DNA of 62,095 bases from an uncultured Clostridia bacterium. Lineage in GTDB: Bacteria > Bacillota > Clostridia > TANB77 > CAG-465. Within the stretch, counting starts at the first letter, position 1. Each line of letters begins with the position of its first letter. The stretch covers positions 1-62,095 of the forward strand of contig CAKPJL010000005.1 in assembly GCA_934162655.1 (NCBI GenBank), written 5' to 3'. The notes beneath the pieces are model-generated. The model saw nothing but the letters and a program-made list of their open reading frames with translations, was not told the DNA's origin and did not search any database. Shown one piece after another: positions 27,739-37,011 of the stretch. Made by a program: the position numbers and the translations under genes.

Positions 27739-28951
27739 TTCTTATCACCATCACTTTTTTTAAGAGATTATACTTAGACATTAGTCCTTTACTTTTATCA
27801 ATATTTCCAATATTTAGCCAATTTAAAATCTTATTTATATTAAAATTAATATTTATATCATTTATTTCTCCATTTATATATGATTCTACCTGATCACTAT
27901 AATTTATAGTTGCAACAATATTATAATCTGGTATCAAACTTTGTATTTGTGATATGTCAAGTGAACTTTTTTTATATTTATTTACTATTATAGCTATTTT
28001 TTCTTTTGGTATATTTAGGAGTTTATTAATTAAATCTAAATATTTAATAGCTTGTCTTATACTTATATAATTAGCATTTAATATGAAAAAGATTTTTGTA
28101 GAAGCTAACAAACTATAAGGTACCACATCTAAAAATGGTGATGAGGGCAAATCTATTAACATATAATCATAATTTTTAAATACACTAAAATATATTTTTT
28201 CATAATATTTGTTTGATAGCTTGTTTTGACATTCATATAAACTAACATTGCTGGTAAGGTAAGATAAATTTTTATTTGACTTATCTTTTATTAAATAATC
28301 TTTTACTACATCTAAAATTTCATCTCTTTTATCCACACTATCAACAATTTTTGATAACATATTACTCTCACCTTGTATATTTGCCAAAATATCTATACTG
28401 GGATTTTGTATATCCATATCAAGTAATGCAATATTTATGTTTAAAATTTCACTCAATTTCTTACTAATAATAGTTGATATAAAGGATTTTCCAGCTCCGC
28501 TTGTACCATATATTGATATTGTTTCTTTTGGTATTATAATATTTTTACTTACATTATAGGTACAATTAACATTGTCTTGTATATCTTTTTTATATATTAT
28601 CCTTTGTTTACTTTCTATCAACTCTTTTATTTTCTCTATATCTACAACATTTCCTTCTATAATATCAAATATACCATATGAAAATAAAAATCTTCTTTTT
28701 TCTTCATCCAGTTTATTTACTATTACAATTACCCTTACCCTTCCAGATATAGATCTAATATATTCTTCAAAGCTCACATCTCCTGCAAGGTCCTCTTTTG
28801 TTATTAAAAAATTTTCTTCCTGGAGATTAATATTATTTATATATTCAATAGCATCGTCTCTGCTATTAAAATCATATAAATACACTTTATCACCATAAAT
28901 TTCTTTTAATTTAATACTTATTTGCTCGTTTGAAAGTGCAGTAATTATCAT
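27728..28951 (-). CDS. TadZ/CpaE-like protein: receiver-like N-domain plus ParA/MinD-fold ATPase
   Basis: P-loop is IYGTSGAGKSFIS. LLDMD and MLIDLPS are Walker-B-like. The domain order matches TadZ. Confidence 0.65.
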   Translation of the reverse strand: MIITALSNEQISIKLKEIYGDKVYLYDFNSRDDAIEYINNINLQEENFLITKEDLAGDVSFEEYIRSISGRVRVIVIVNKLDEEKRRFLFSYGIFDIIEGNVVDIEKIKELIESKQRIIYKKDIQDNVNCTYNVSKNIIIPKETISIYGTSGAGKSFISTIISKKLSEILNINIALLDMDIQNPSIDILANIQGESNMLSKIVDSVDKRDEILDVVKDYLIKDKSNKNLSYLTSNVSLYECQNKLSNKYYEKIYFSVFKNYDYMLIDLPSSPFLDVVPYSLLASTKIFFILNANYISIRQAIKYLDLINKLLNIPKEKIAIIVNKYKKSSLDISQIQSLIPDYNIVATINYSDQVESYINGEINDININFNINKILNWLNIGNIDKSKGLMSKYNLLKKVMVIRNDC

Positions 28952-28952
28952 T

Positions 28953-30683
28953 TTATTCCCCCTTTAACAACTCTTCTTCAAATTTACTTGCTGTAATTTT
29001 TATTTTTACATTATTATCATTAAAACTAAGGTACATATATCCTTTACTTAACTTAGAGATATTTATAATATCTGACTTATTTATAACACTTACATTTTTT
29101 AGTATTTCTAAATCTGAATAATCCATTTTAAAAAATAGCTTAAATTGTGAATTATTTAATATGCTCTTAGCATACTCAATATTATCTCCTAAAAATAAAT
29201 CTGACATATCTTGAGTAATAAGCACAATAGATGCAGATTTTTTTCTTATGGTTTTATACATAAGAAATATTAAATCAGAGATATTATTTTTAAACGTGTT
29301 TTTAATATACTTCCATGCCTCATCAATATATATAATCGTTTTCCTGTCTTTATAAAAATCAAATGATATATTTTGATGGTTTATAATGTATCTTATAATT
29401 ATTGCCGATGTCTTTAAATCATAACATTTTAAATCAATTGCCTTTAAAGAATTTTGTGTATCAAAATTAGTAACTTTGCAAAAACATGGTATGAATTGCA
29501 ATATTTTCTGATTAAATTTTCTTTTTATAGTATTTTGTTTTATATTATTATACACATCATAAAGACATGGAAAACATTCATCGTTTACTATTTCATTTTT
29601 TAAATAAACCTTACTCTCATTAAAGTCTTTTTTATATATACAGTTAAGACTTCCATCTATACCTTTATTTTTATATGATACTTTTATAGCTTCCTCTATT
29701 ATTGCTATCTCATTTTCTTTTTCTATCCCAATAATTAAAACAATAAAATTAAGTATCATATCTATCTTTTGTACCAAATAATTATCACCATATAAGTTTA
29801 TATCCTCTTGATAAATTTGCATTATATTATAATAATATTTACATTTAGAGCTAGAAGTAAGATATATGCCTTGCAGCTTATTGATTAAATTTTCATATTC
29901 ACTTTCTGGATCAAATATAAGCTGATATTTACCATTCAAATAATGTTTCAATATACATAACTTAGTATAAAAAGATTTACCAGAGCCACTACTTCCAAAT
30001 ATACACATATTTGCATTTATATACTTTTTATCAAATATGTCTAAAATACATAATTTATTTTCATCTATATTTCCTATAACAATTCCGTTTTTATCTAATA
30101 ATGATTTTGTGTAAAAAGGAAATATGTTTGCAAGACTACCACTTGTCAAAAATCTAAATGTAGTATCTTTTTTATCTATATCTATATATGGAAGTGATTT
30201 TATATACGAATTTAAATGTCTAAAATTTGAAATACTTGTTATAATTTGTTTAGAATATAATTTGACTTGAAAACTTTTGATTAAACTATATAAACTATTT
30301 AAATCTTCATGAAAAAAAGTTATACTAAAAGACGTTTTGAAAATTTCTTCATTATTTACTTGAATGTCTTTCCTTAAAGCTTTAGCATCGCACCTTGATA
30401 ATTCTAAAACATCCATATCTATCTGACTTGACTTTACTAAACTGAACTCTGAATTTAAATTTGAAATTTGATAGCTAAGTTTTTTTAATATATTCATGGT
30501 GTTTTGTTTTTCACATTCTATCGCAATGTCTATTACATATTCTTTTGGAATACACTCTATTAATTCCAAAAATCCTAATTCTTTTGGATACTCCTTAATA
30601 TATACCGTTGATATATATTTATTATCAAGCAAAATATATTTATATGATGTATCCTCTATAACATTTGGATATATATCTTCCAT
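28953..30683 (-). CDS. VirB4/TraC-type (AAA_10/DUF87-like) conjugation-family ATPase, C-terminal part
   Basis: Walker A is IFGSSGSGKSFYTK, followed by IFDPESEYENL. Walker B is IIYIDEAWKYI. Also LITQD and NSQFKLFF. The pattern matches Gram-positive VirB4 homologues (TcpF / Tn916 Orf16 type). Confidence 0.75.
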   Translation of the reverse strand: MEDIYPNVIEDTSYKYILLDNKYISTVYIKEYPKELGFLELIECIPKEYVIDIAIECEKQNTMNILKKLSYQISNLNSEFSLVKSSQIDMDVLELSRCDAKALRKDIQVNNEEIFKTSFSITFFHEDLNSLYSLIKSFQVKLYSKQIITSISNFRHLNSYIKSLPYIDIDKKDTTFRFLTSGSLANIFPFYTKSLLDKNGIVIGNIDENKLCILDIFDKKYINANMCIFGSSGSGKSFYTKLCILKHYLNGKYQLIFDPESEYENLINKLQGIYLTSSSKCKYYYNIMQIYQEDINLYGDNYLVQKIDMILNFIVLIIGIEKENEIAIIEEAIKVSYKNKGIDGSLNCIYKKDFNESKVYLKNEIVNDECFPCLYDVYNNIKQNTIKRKFNQKILQFIPCFCKVTNFDTQNSLKAIDLKCYDLKTSAIIIRYIINHQNISFDFYKDRKTIIYIDEAWKYIKNTFKNNISDLIFLMYKTIRKKSASIVLITQDMSDLFLGDNIEYAKSILNNSQFKLFFKMDYSDLEILKNVSVINKSDIINISKLSKGYMYLSFNDNNVKIKITASKFEEELLKGE

Positions 30684-30691
30684 ATTTCCTC

Positions 30692-31207
30692 CTATATCTT
30701 ATTTATGCTTTCATACATTAAATTATATATCTCGTTTTTAGATAACGATTTAATAATTAAATTAACACTTCTAAGCCTATTAATTCCCTCTTCTATTTCT
30801 TTTTTACAATCTTTGCCTTTACATATAAAACATATATATATTTTGGATGTATATATTGATTGACTTGATATCTTTTCTCTTAAATCCTGTATATACTTAT
30901 CGTATATATCTAAATTTTTGATTTTATCACTACAATTTACTACATGTTTTGAAATATACTCCTCTTCATTAAATTTAAAATTCCTTACAATTACTTTAAA
31001 CTTTGTATTAATTCCTTTTAAAAATTCTACATAGCAATTCAAAATGTTATATATTTTTTCATCTGAAAAATTTAATATACTTATAGGAACTACCTCATAT
31101 ATATACTGTTTTTGAAGACCTTCCTTATTTCTTATACACACATAACCCTCTTCTATTGATTCAAGTGAATATATAAGTTTTATATTTTTGTATTTACCTG
31201 TAAACAT
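30692..31207 (-). CDS. VirB4 N-terminal-domain-like protein (split from the ATPase)
   Basis: AGGAGG RBS before the ATG at 31207. The pattern IEEGYVCIRNKEG...YIYEVVPISILNFSDEK...FLKGINTKFKVIV resembles the start of Gram-positive VirB4 proteins. Its TAG stop is embedded in the RBS of the next gene. Confidence 0.45.
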   Translation of the reverse strand: MFTGKYKNIKLIYSLESIEEGYVCIRNKEGLQKQYIYEVVPISILNFSDEKIYNILNCYVEFLKGINTKFKVIVRNFKFNEEEYISKHVVNCSDKIKNLDIYDKYIQDLREKISSQSIYTSKIYICFICKGKDCKKEIEEGINRLRSVNLIIKSLSKNEIYNLMYESINKI

Positions 31208-31479
31208 AACCCTCCTAAAAAACAATATTTTAATTTACTATTAACATAATTTATAATACTTGAAATCTTTTCGAAACGAAAATGAAAAAATAATTTAAAA
31301 TAAAGATTAATGATTCGAACTTTTAACAATATAACATTTTTAATAGTTATTGTCAATATAATCATTGCAACTTTTCATCGCAAATTTCGACAAAAAAATT
31401 TTTACACTCCATTTATTATCACATTTTTTCTTTAGTTGCATATAATTAATTATAAATATAAATTAAGGAGATGATGTAT

Positions 31480-31671
31480 ATGAATAATAATCAAAACGAA
31501 CCAATGAATAATATGTTAAACTCAAAACTTTTTGATATGTTAAAAACAATAGACAAAAATAAATTAGAACAGGTAAGTAAAATGGTCCAGAATATGTCAA
31601 AAGAAGATCTAAATAATTTAGTTTCAATGTTAAATAAAAATCAACAGTCAAATGCCAATAATAATAATTAA
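31480..31671 (+). CDS. Small Asn/Gln-rich helical protein
   Basis: AAGGAG RBS. First gene of a three-gene coupled set divergent from the secretion-like operon. Confidence 0.45.
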   Translation: MNNNQNEPMNNMLNSKLFDMLKTIDKNKLEQVSKMVQNMSKEDLNNLVSMLNKNQQSNANNNN

Positions 31672-31673
31672 AT

Positions 31674-32075
31674 ATGAATGATAATACTAATCAATTATTT
31701 GATCTAATTTCAAATATTCAGGCCAAACTAAATAGTAATGATGATAATAATTCTTCCCCAAATGATTCTTCTAGCCAAAGCACAAAAAACAACGAAACCT
31801 CAAGTAATACAAATGGAAAAAATGAAGAAAATAATTCTAGTTGCGATAATACAAATGGATTTGATTTTTCTAACATAGATATTAACACCATTTTAAAAAT
31901 GCAAGGAATACTTTCTAGTTTTAATAAAAATTCTCCCAAAAAAAATTTACTTTACTCACTAAAGCCATTTCTAAATCAATCAAGACAAGATAAACTTGGT
32001 GAATACATAACTATACTCTCTATTATAGATGCAATAGATATATTTGGTAAAAAAGGTAGTGATAAAAATGTTTAA
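31674..32075 (+). CDS. Asn/Ser-rich protein with conserved-looking C-terminal helical segment
   Basis: Starts 2 nt after the previous stop. The low-complexity N-half is followed by ILKMQGILSSF...LLYSLKPFLNQSRQDKL. Confidence 0.45.
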   Translation: MNDNTNQLFDLISNIQAKLNSNDDNNSSPNDSSSQSTKNNETSSNTNGKNEENNSSCDNTNGFDFSNIDINTILKMQGILSSFNKNSPKKNLLYSLKPFLNQSRQDKLGEYITILSIIDAIDIFGKKGSDKNV

Positions 32076-32496
32076 TTATAATCCATACTTAAACTATTAT
32101 AAAAATAATCCTAACTATTATAGATATAATAATCCTACCTTCTTTAACATGCATAACATGAATAATTTTAATCAAAATAAAAATGCAAAAATGTACAACT
32201 TTAATAATGATTATAATAAACAATATAATAATACTAAAAAAGAGGAAAATGAAAGTAATTTTGAAAACTCTACTAAAAACACTAATGAAGAAAAAACTAG
32301 ATTTAGTATAGGAAATTTTTCTATTACAGATAGAGGAATAAATGCCTTCGGTTACCATCTAAATTTTGATGATTTAATAATAATACTTTTAATTTTATTT
32401 TTATATTTTGAAACAGACACTGATTTATCTGTAATTATTGTTTTAGGACTAATGCTATTTAATATTAATTTTTCAACTATAAAAAATATATTCTAG
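32068..32496 (+). CDS. Asn/Tyr-rich protein with C-terminal hydrophobic segments
   Basis: The ATG at 32068 overlaps the previous stop (ATGTTTAA). The N-half is YNPYLNYYKNNPNYYRYNNP. Two hydrophobic helices lie at the C-terminus. Confidence 0.45.
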   Translation: MFNYNPYLNYYKNNPNYYRYNNPTFFNMHNMNNFNQNKNAKMYNFNNDYNKQYNNTKKEENESNFENSTKNTNEEKTRFSIGNFSITDRGINAFGYHLNFDDLIIILLILFLYFETDTDLSVIIVLGLMLFNINFSTIKNIF

Positions 32497-32520
32497 TATC
32501 AAACACTAATACTAGAATAT
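32488..32520. terminator. Bidirectional terminator between convergent genes
   Basis: ATATTCTAGTAT pairs with ATACTAGAATAT in a 12-bp stem. Confidence 0.5.
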
Positions 32521-32524
32521 ATTT

Positions 32525-32728
32525 TTATGATTTTGTTATAGTAAATTTATCATGCTTATTTCCACTTATACCATACTTTCTATAATACCTTACTAATAAT
32601 TCATCTATCGCGACACTTGTTTCATAGATTTCACAATACGGCCTATTGTCGCGTATTTGATTTTCCATTTTTTCTTTTAATAAATCAATTTGTCTTATCA
32701 ACAAAACAACCATCTCCTTTTTATACAT
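32525..32728 (-). CDS. Spo0E-like aspartyl-phosphate phosphatase family protein
   Basis: 67-aa helical hairpin. The IDLLKEKM...SVAIDELLVRYY pattern resembles the Spo0E family. Confidence 0.5.
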   Translation of the reverse strand: MYKKEMVVLLIRQIDLLKEKMENQIRDNRPYCEIYETSVAIDELLVRYYRKYGISGNKHDKFTITKS

Positions 32729-32857
32729 TACTTATACCATGCAAATCATTTCATGTCAATACTTTAATTACAACAATCGACCGCGACTTTCGACACATTT
32801 CAACATATCGTATACATAACTTTTTATTATAATATGCAGAAAAAGATTAATTATACA

Positions 32858-34156
32858 TTATTTTTTAATTATTACAGACTTTACTAAATTATTATTATTA
32901 TCTAACAAATTTAAAAAAGATTTTACATCATTTATTGATAAGTTTTTTAATATTTCGATATCATCATACATATTAGTACCATTTAATGCTTTATCTATTA
33001 TTCTTCTATAACTTGTGTCAAATCCATCAGAAAGTAACAACATTTCCCCTATCTTTTTATTCTTTGCAAGATTAAATAAATCTAAATCAATTTCTTCCTT
33101 TTTGATTTTTTCTATGTAATTATATATATTTTTATATAAAGAGTCTACATCTTTGCTTTGTGCCATTATTATTACATGTGAAAATGTACTTGATCCTTCA
33201 TAAGAAAAGGATATTTCATCATTTATAAGTCCCAAATTATATTGTTCCTCATAAAATTTAGAAATCTGTGAAAAATACATATCTCCTATAATATCTGCTA
33301 CAATTTGTCTTTTTATTAATTCTTGTTTAGAAACCAAATTTAATTTATATCCTAAACATAACTCTTGCATATAAACATCCATATTTTGTATAATTTCTTT
33401 CTTATTTATTTTATCATCTTCTTCACAGTCAAAAACTTTGATATCACATAGATTAATTTTATTATCTTTTTTATCGTATTTTTTTATATTTTCCTCTATT
33501 ATATTAATTGTATCATTTACATCCACATCTCCAACTATTATTAAGAACATATTTTTCATATTATAAAATGTATTATAGCATGTATATAGTGTTTCCTTTG
33601 TTATTTTTGATATACTCTCAATAGTACCTGCGATATCAATTCTTACGGGATTTTTTTTGTACATTGCTTGTAATGCATTAAAATAGCACTTATAACTTGG
33701 CTCATCATCGTACATAGATATTTCTTGACCTATTATTCCTTGTTCTTTCTTTACATTTTCATCTGTAAAATACGGAGTTCTTACTAATCTTATCAAAAGT
33801 TCCAATGCTTCTTTATACTTATCAGAAGTTTCAAAAAAATATACAGTTTGATCAAAAGATGTATATGCATTAGAACTTACGCCAAGTTTTGAAAATAAAT
33901 CTAGTGCATTAGCTCCTTCTTGTTCAAATAATTTATGCTCTAGAAAATGTGCTACACCATCTGGAACTTCTACTTCCTTACCATTTGTAATATCAATAAA
34001 GTGATTTATAACAGAACCATATTTAGTTCCAAACATTCCTATTTTTTTACTATAACCCTCTTTTTTGCAAATATATACTTCAAGTCCATTTGGAAGAGTA
34101 TAAGAATATGTTTTCTCATTTAATTCATTTGATATCTTACAATCAACTTTATACAT
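32858..34156 (-). CDS. M16-family (pitrilysin-like) zinc peptidase, catalytic subunit
   Basis: Inverted zinc motif HFLEH. GGAGGTGA RBS before the ATG at 34156. Paired with an upstream M16 paralogue. Confidence 0.85.
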   Translation of the reverse strand: MYKVDCKISNELNEKTYSYTLPNGLEVYICKKEGYSKKIGMFGTKYGSVINHFIDITNGKEVEVPDGVAHFLEHKLFEQEGANALDLFSKLGVSSNAYTSFDQTVYFFETSDKYKEALELLIRLVRTPYFTDENVKKEQGIIGQEISMYDDEPSYKCYFNALQAMYKKNPVRIDIAGTIESISKITKETLYTCYNTFYNMKNMFLIIVGDVDVNDTINIIEENIKKYDKKDNKINLCDIKVFDCEEDDKINKKEIIQNMDVYMQELCLGYKLNLVSKQELIKRQIVADIIGDMYFSQISKFYEEQYNLGLINDEISFSYEGSSTFSHVIIMAQSKDVDSLYKNIYNYIEKIKKEEIDLDLFNLAKNKKIGEMLLLSDGFDTSYRRIIDKALNGTNMYDDIEILKNLSINDVKSFLNLLDNNNNLVKSVIIKK

Positions 34157-35399
34157 TTTCTTCACCTCCAAGTAAATACCATACTTTAAGTTCCATTTTA
34201 TTTGCTACATCTTTTACATCATTTAATGAAATTTTATTTATTTTTAATTTCATATCCTCAATACTATTAGTTGGTTTAAAATATGTAATTAAGTCTGTAT
34301 ATAATGATTTAGCCATCATTATTTTTGAATCATTCCACTCACTTAAATCTGCAATTAAACTTTGTTTTGCTGCCTCAAACTCCTCATCTGTTATATTAAG
34401 TCTTTTAATACTTTGAAGTATATCTAAAATTACTTCTTTTCCTTTTTCGTAATTTTTAGCTTCAATCCCTGCATATATTATTATAATATCTTTAAACCTA
34501 TAAAATCTAGATCTAGCAGTATATGCAAGAGATTCCTTTTCTCTAAATATTTGAAATAATTTAGAACTAGGTGTACTTCCAAGTATTGCATTATATACAT
34601 TTAATGCATACATATCTTCTTTATCAACATCTTTTATTTTAATACCGACAGACATTACGCTTTGGGTACTATCACATTTTTCATACACATTTTCCTGATT
34701 TGATACATCTTGATGTATATTATAAATTAAATCTTTGTAACCTAACTTTGAATTATACATGTTGAATTTTTCAGCTATTTTTTCATCTATATTTAAATAT
34801 CCCTCTAAGTTACCAGATACAATAAATGTTGCAACTGAATTATTTATCAAATTATCGTATGCTTTTATTATATCTTTCTTATTCAAACTCCTTACTACTT
34901 GTTCATCACCATATAAAAATGTTCCAAATCCTGTGTTATTACACATAATTTCTTCCATTCTATTTACACCATATTTTAGTTTTTCATCTTTTCTTGCAGA
35001 AATTTTCTCCAAAATAGTAATTTTTTCTCTTTCAAATAATTCATTATTAAATTCAATGTCATTTATATTAGTATTAAATACCATACTTTTCAAAAATGTT
35101 ATACATTTATCTACTATATCTTCTTTTTCATTTATTAATTTAGGATTTATACATTCAACTCTAAATTCTACATTTTCTAAATCACCATATTTTTCAACAT
35201 TTGCACTAAAACTTGCACCATATAGTGATGCCATATACCTTTTTATATCACGCCTATTACCATATTCTTTCGTATCTTTTGAAATCATACTTGTAAGAAC
35301 CGAATTAGATGATATAACGCTCTTATCTGCCTGCATTAAAAAGTTAAGTGATAAGTATATTCCCTTAAATTTTTTATCATTTATTTTATAAATATTCAT
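34149..35399 (-). CDS. M16-family peptidase paralogue lacking HxxEH (non-catalytic partner)
   Basis: Length and collinearity with M16 proteins. No HxxEH motif. Overlaps the downstream partner. Confidence 0.75.
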   Translation of the reverse strand: MNIYKINDKKFKGIYLSLNFLMQADKSVISSNSVLTSMISKDTKEYGNRRDIKRYMASLYGASFSANVEKYGDLENVEFRVECINPKLINEKEDIVDKCITFLKSMVFNTNINDIEFNNELFEREKITILEKISARKDEKLKYGVNRMEEIMCNNTGFGTFLYGDEQVVRSLNKKDIIKAYDNLINNSVATFIVSGNLEGYLNIDEKIAEKFNMYNSKLGYKDLIYNIHQDVSNQENVYEKCDSTQSVMSVGIKIKDVDKEDMYALNVYNAILGSTPSSKLFQIFREKESLAYTARSRFYRFKDIIIIYAGIEAKNYEKGKEVILDILQSIKRLNITDEEFEAAKQSLIADLSEWNDSKIMMAKSLYTDLITYFKPTNSIEDMKLKINKISLNDVKDVANKMELKVWYLLGGEENV

Positions 35400-35419
35400 A
35401 TCTTACCTCCTATTAAAAC

Positions 35420-35445
35420 AAAAGACAAGTTCTAACTTGTCTTTT
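35420..35445 (-). terminator. Terminator after the yqeY-like gene
   Basis: AAAAGACAAGT pairs with ACTTGTCTTTT. Confidence 0.55.
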
Positions 35446-35452
35446 TGTACTA

Positions 35453-35896
35453 CTATAAATTTGCCAAACTTTCTTTTACTATTTCGCTCAAAAGTTTTCC
35501 ATCACATTTTCCGGCTGTATCTTTTTTTAATAGTTGCATAACTTTTCCCATGTCACGTGGTGATGTAGCTCCAACCTCACTGATGGCATTTTTAACTAAA
35601 TTTTCTATTTCTTCTTTTGTTAACTGTTCTGGAAGATACTTAGAAAGTATTTTTATTTCTTCTTCTACTTGTTTTACAATATCTTCCCTTCCACCCTTTT
35701 TAAAATCCTCTATTGATTCTCTTCTCTTTTTTACTTCACGTGCAACAATTTCTATCATTTCATTTTGTGTAAGTTCCTTTTGTGAGTCTTTTTCTACTTG
35801 TAAAATTGCTGCTCTAAGCATTGTTATAGTATTTTTCCTTAATTCATCTTTACTTTGCATTGCATCTTTTAATTCTTTTAATAACTCTTCTTTCAT
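35453..35896 (-). CDS. GatB/YqeY-domain protein
   Basis: LKEELLKELKDAMQSKDELRKNTI..MLRAAI and GKVMQLLKK.. are typical YqeY patterns. Confidence 0.85.
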   Translation of the reverse strand: MKEELLKELKDAMQSKDELRKNTITMLRAAILQVEKDSQKELTQNEMIEIVAREVKKRRESIEDFKKGGREDIVKQVEEEIKILSKYLPEQLTKEEIENLVKNAISEVGATSPRDMGKVMQLLKKDTAGKCDGKLLSEIVKESLANL

Positions 35897-35897
35897 A

Positions 35898-36995
35898 TTA
35901 TTTCTCCTTACTTAAAATATTATTCTTTTCTTGACATTCAAGCTGTAACATTTTTTTAGATTTTCTTATGCTTAAAAATCCGATTACTATAAAGCATATT
36001 GTTGCAATAATTAATAATATAGCTTTCCAAATATCAGCAGATATTATGAGTACAGCAATTATACAACAAATACTAGTTATAGTATAAAGTATTAATACTG
36101 CCTGACGTTGAGTAAAACCTCTTTTTATTAATCTATGATGTATATGTGCCCCATCTGGTCTTAATGGTGGTTGACCTTTTAAAATTCTTCTTAACATAGC
36201 AAATACAGTATCAAAAAGTGGCACGCCCATTGCAAGTATTGGTGCAACAATTGCTATCATTGTATAACCTTTTGCAAATCCCATTATTGAAACAGTTGCA
36301 AGTGTAAAACCTAAAAAATTAGATCCGACATCTCCCATAAATGTTTTAGCTGGATTAAAATTATATGGTAGAAATCCAAGTGTTGCTCCAACTAAAATGG
36401 CTGTTATTATTATTGCCTCAAGTGAGATAGATGTAGCAGAGAATATTATTAGTAATGCAACTGCAGAAATTGAGGCAATTCCTGCCGAAAGGCCATCAAG
36501 GCCGTCTATTAAATTTAGAGCATTAGTTACTCCTATTACCCAAATCATAGTTATCGGATAATCTAAAATACCAAAGTTTATTATATCTGTATGTATAAAT
36601 GGTATTTTTATTCCTGATATTCTAACTTCAAATATATAAAGTAAAGTTCCAGCTAAAAACTGAAATATTGCCTTATACCTTGCTTTAAGTGTTATTGCAT
36701 CATCTATAAAGCCCATTAAAGCAATAATAAATGACCCTAAAAAATAGCCTATAAATCTTTTATTTAGTGCAATTCCTTCTATATTTTTAGTTAATAAGTA
36801 ATAAACTAAAAAAGCTATATACATAGAAATTACCATTGCTAGCCCACCTATACGTGGCATAGGCTTAGTATGAACTCTTCTACTGTCATTTGGTATATCA
36901 ACAAATCCGAATTTATTTGCAAACTTAATTACAAACGGAGTAATTATTAAACACAGTACAAATGATAATATACCTATAATACAAACAAACCACAT
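35898..36995 (-). CDS. Glycosyltransferase family 4 (MraY/WecA/TagO-type polyprenyl-phosphate sugar-1-phosphate transferase)
   Basis: Eleven TM segments. Motifs NALNLIDGLDGL, FMGDVGS and HIHHRL. Confidence 0.85.
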   Translation of the reverse strand: MWFVCIIGILSFVLCLIITPFVIKFANKFGFVDIPNDSRRVHTKPMPRIGGLAMVISMYIAFLVYYLLTKNIEGIALNKRFIGYFLGSFIIALMGFIDDAITLKARYKAIFQFLAGTLLYIFEVRISGIKIPFIHTDIINFGILDYPITMIWVIGVTNALNLIDGLDGLSAGIASISAVALLIIFSATSISLEAIIITAILVGATLGFLPYNFNPAKTFMGDVGSNFLGFTLATVSIMGFAKGYTMIAIVAPILAMGVPLFDTVFAMLRRILKGQPPLRPDGAHIHHRLIKRGFTQRQAVLILYTITSICCIIAVLIISADIWKAILLIIATICFIVIGFLSIRKSKKMLQLECQEKNNILSKEK

Positions 36996-37011
36996 CTATA
37001 TATTATCTCCT

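Noticed and set aside
24861-31207. Searched inside the secretion-like operon for a Flp or type IV pilin gene (short ORF with a hydrophobic N-terminus).
   Set aside because: All six genes overlap or are separated by 8 nt or fewer, so no unannotated small ORF can be accommodated. Absence of a pilin is reported as part of the finding rather than called as a feature.
31674-32300. Repetitive AAT/AAC-rich DNA, considered as a tandem repeat or CRISPR-like array.
   Set aside because: There is no regular repeat-spacer periodicity. The repetitiveness is explained by Asn-rich low-complexity coding sequence in three RBS-led or coupled ORFs.
22513-32795. Spo0A-box-like heptamers (TGTCGAA) at 22513-22519, 31386-31392 (complement) and 32789-32795 (complement). 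They lie in promoter regions of the small orphan gene, the secretion-like/Asn-rich divergent region and the Spo0E-like gene.
   Set aside because: By a rough base-composition estimate, a 7-mer of this composition is expected several times by chance in 62 kb on two strands. I cannot show enrichment, or that the organism has Spo0A.
34759-35915. Long ORFs antisense to real genes. Examples are 34759..35391, 35445..35915, 24946..25461, 26798..27352, 40888..41316, 43983..44393 and 45746..46153.
   Set aside because: They lie entirely inside well-supported genes on the other strand. They lack an RBS and have Ser/Phe/Ile/Leu-rich nonsense composition, typical of the reverse frames of AT-rich coding DNA.
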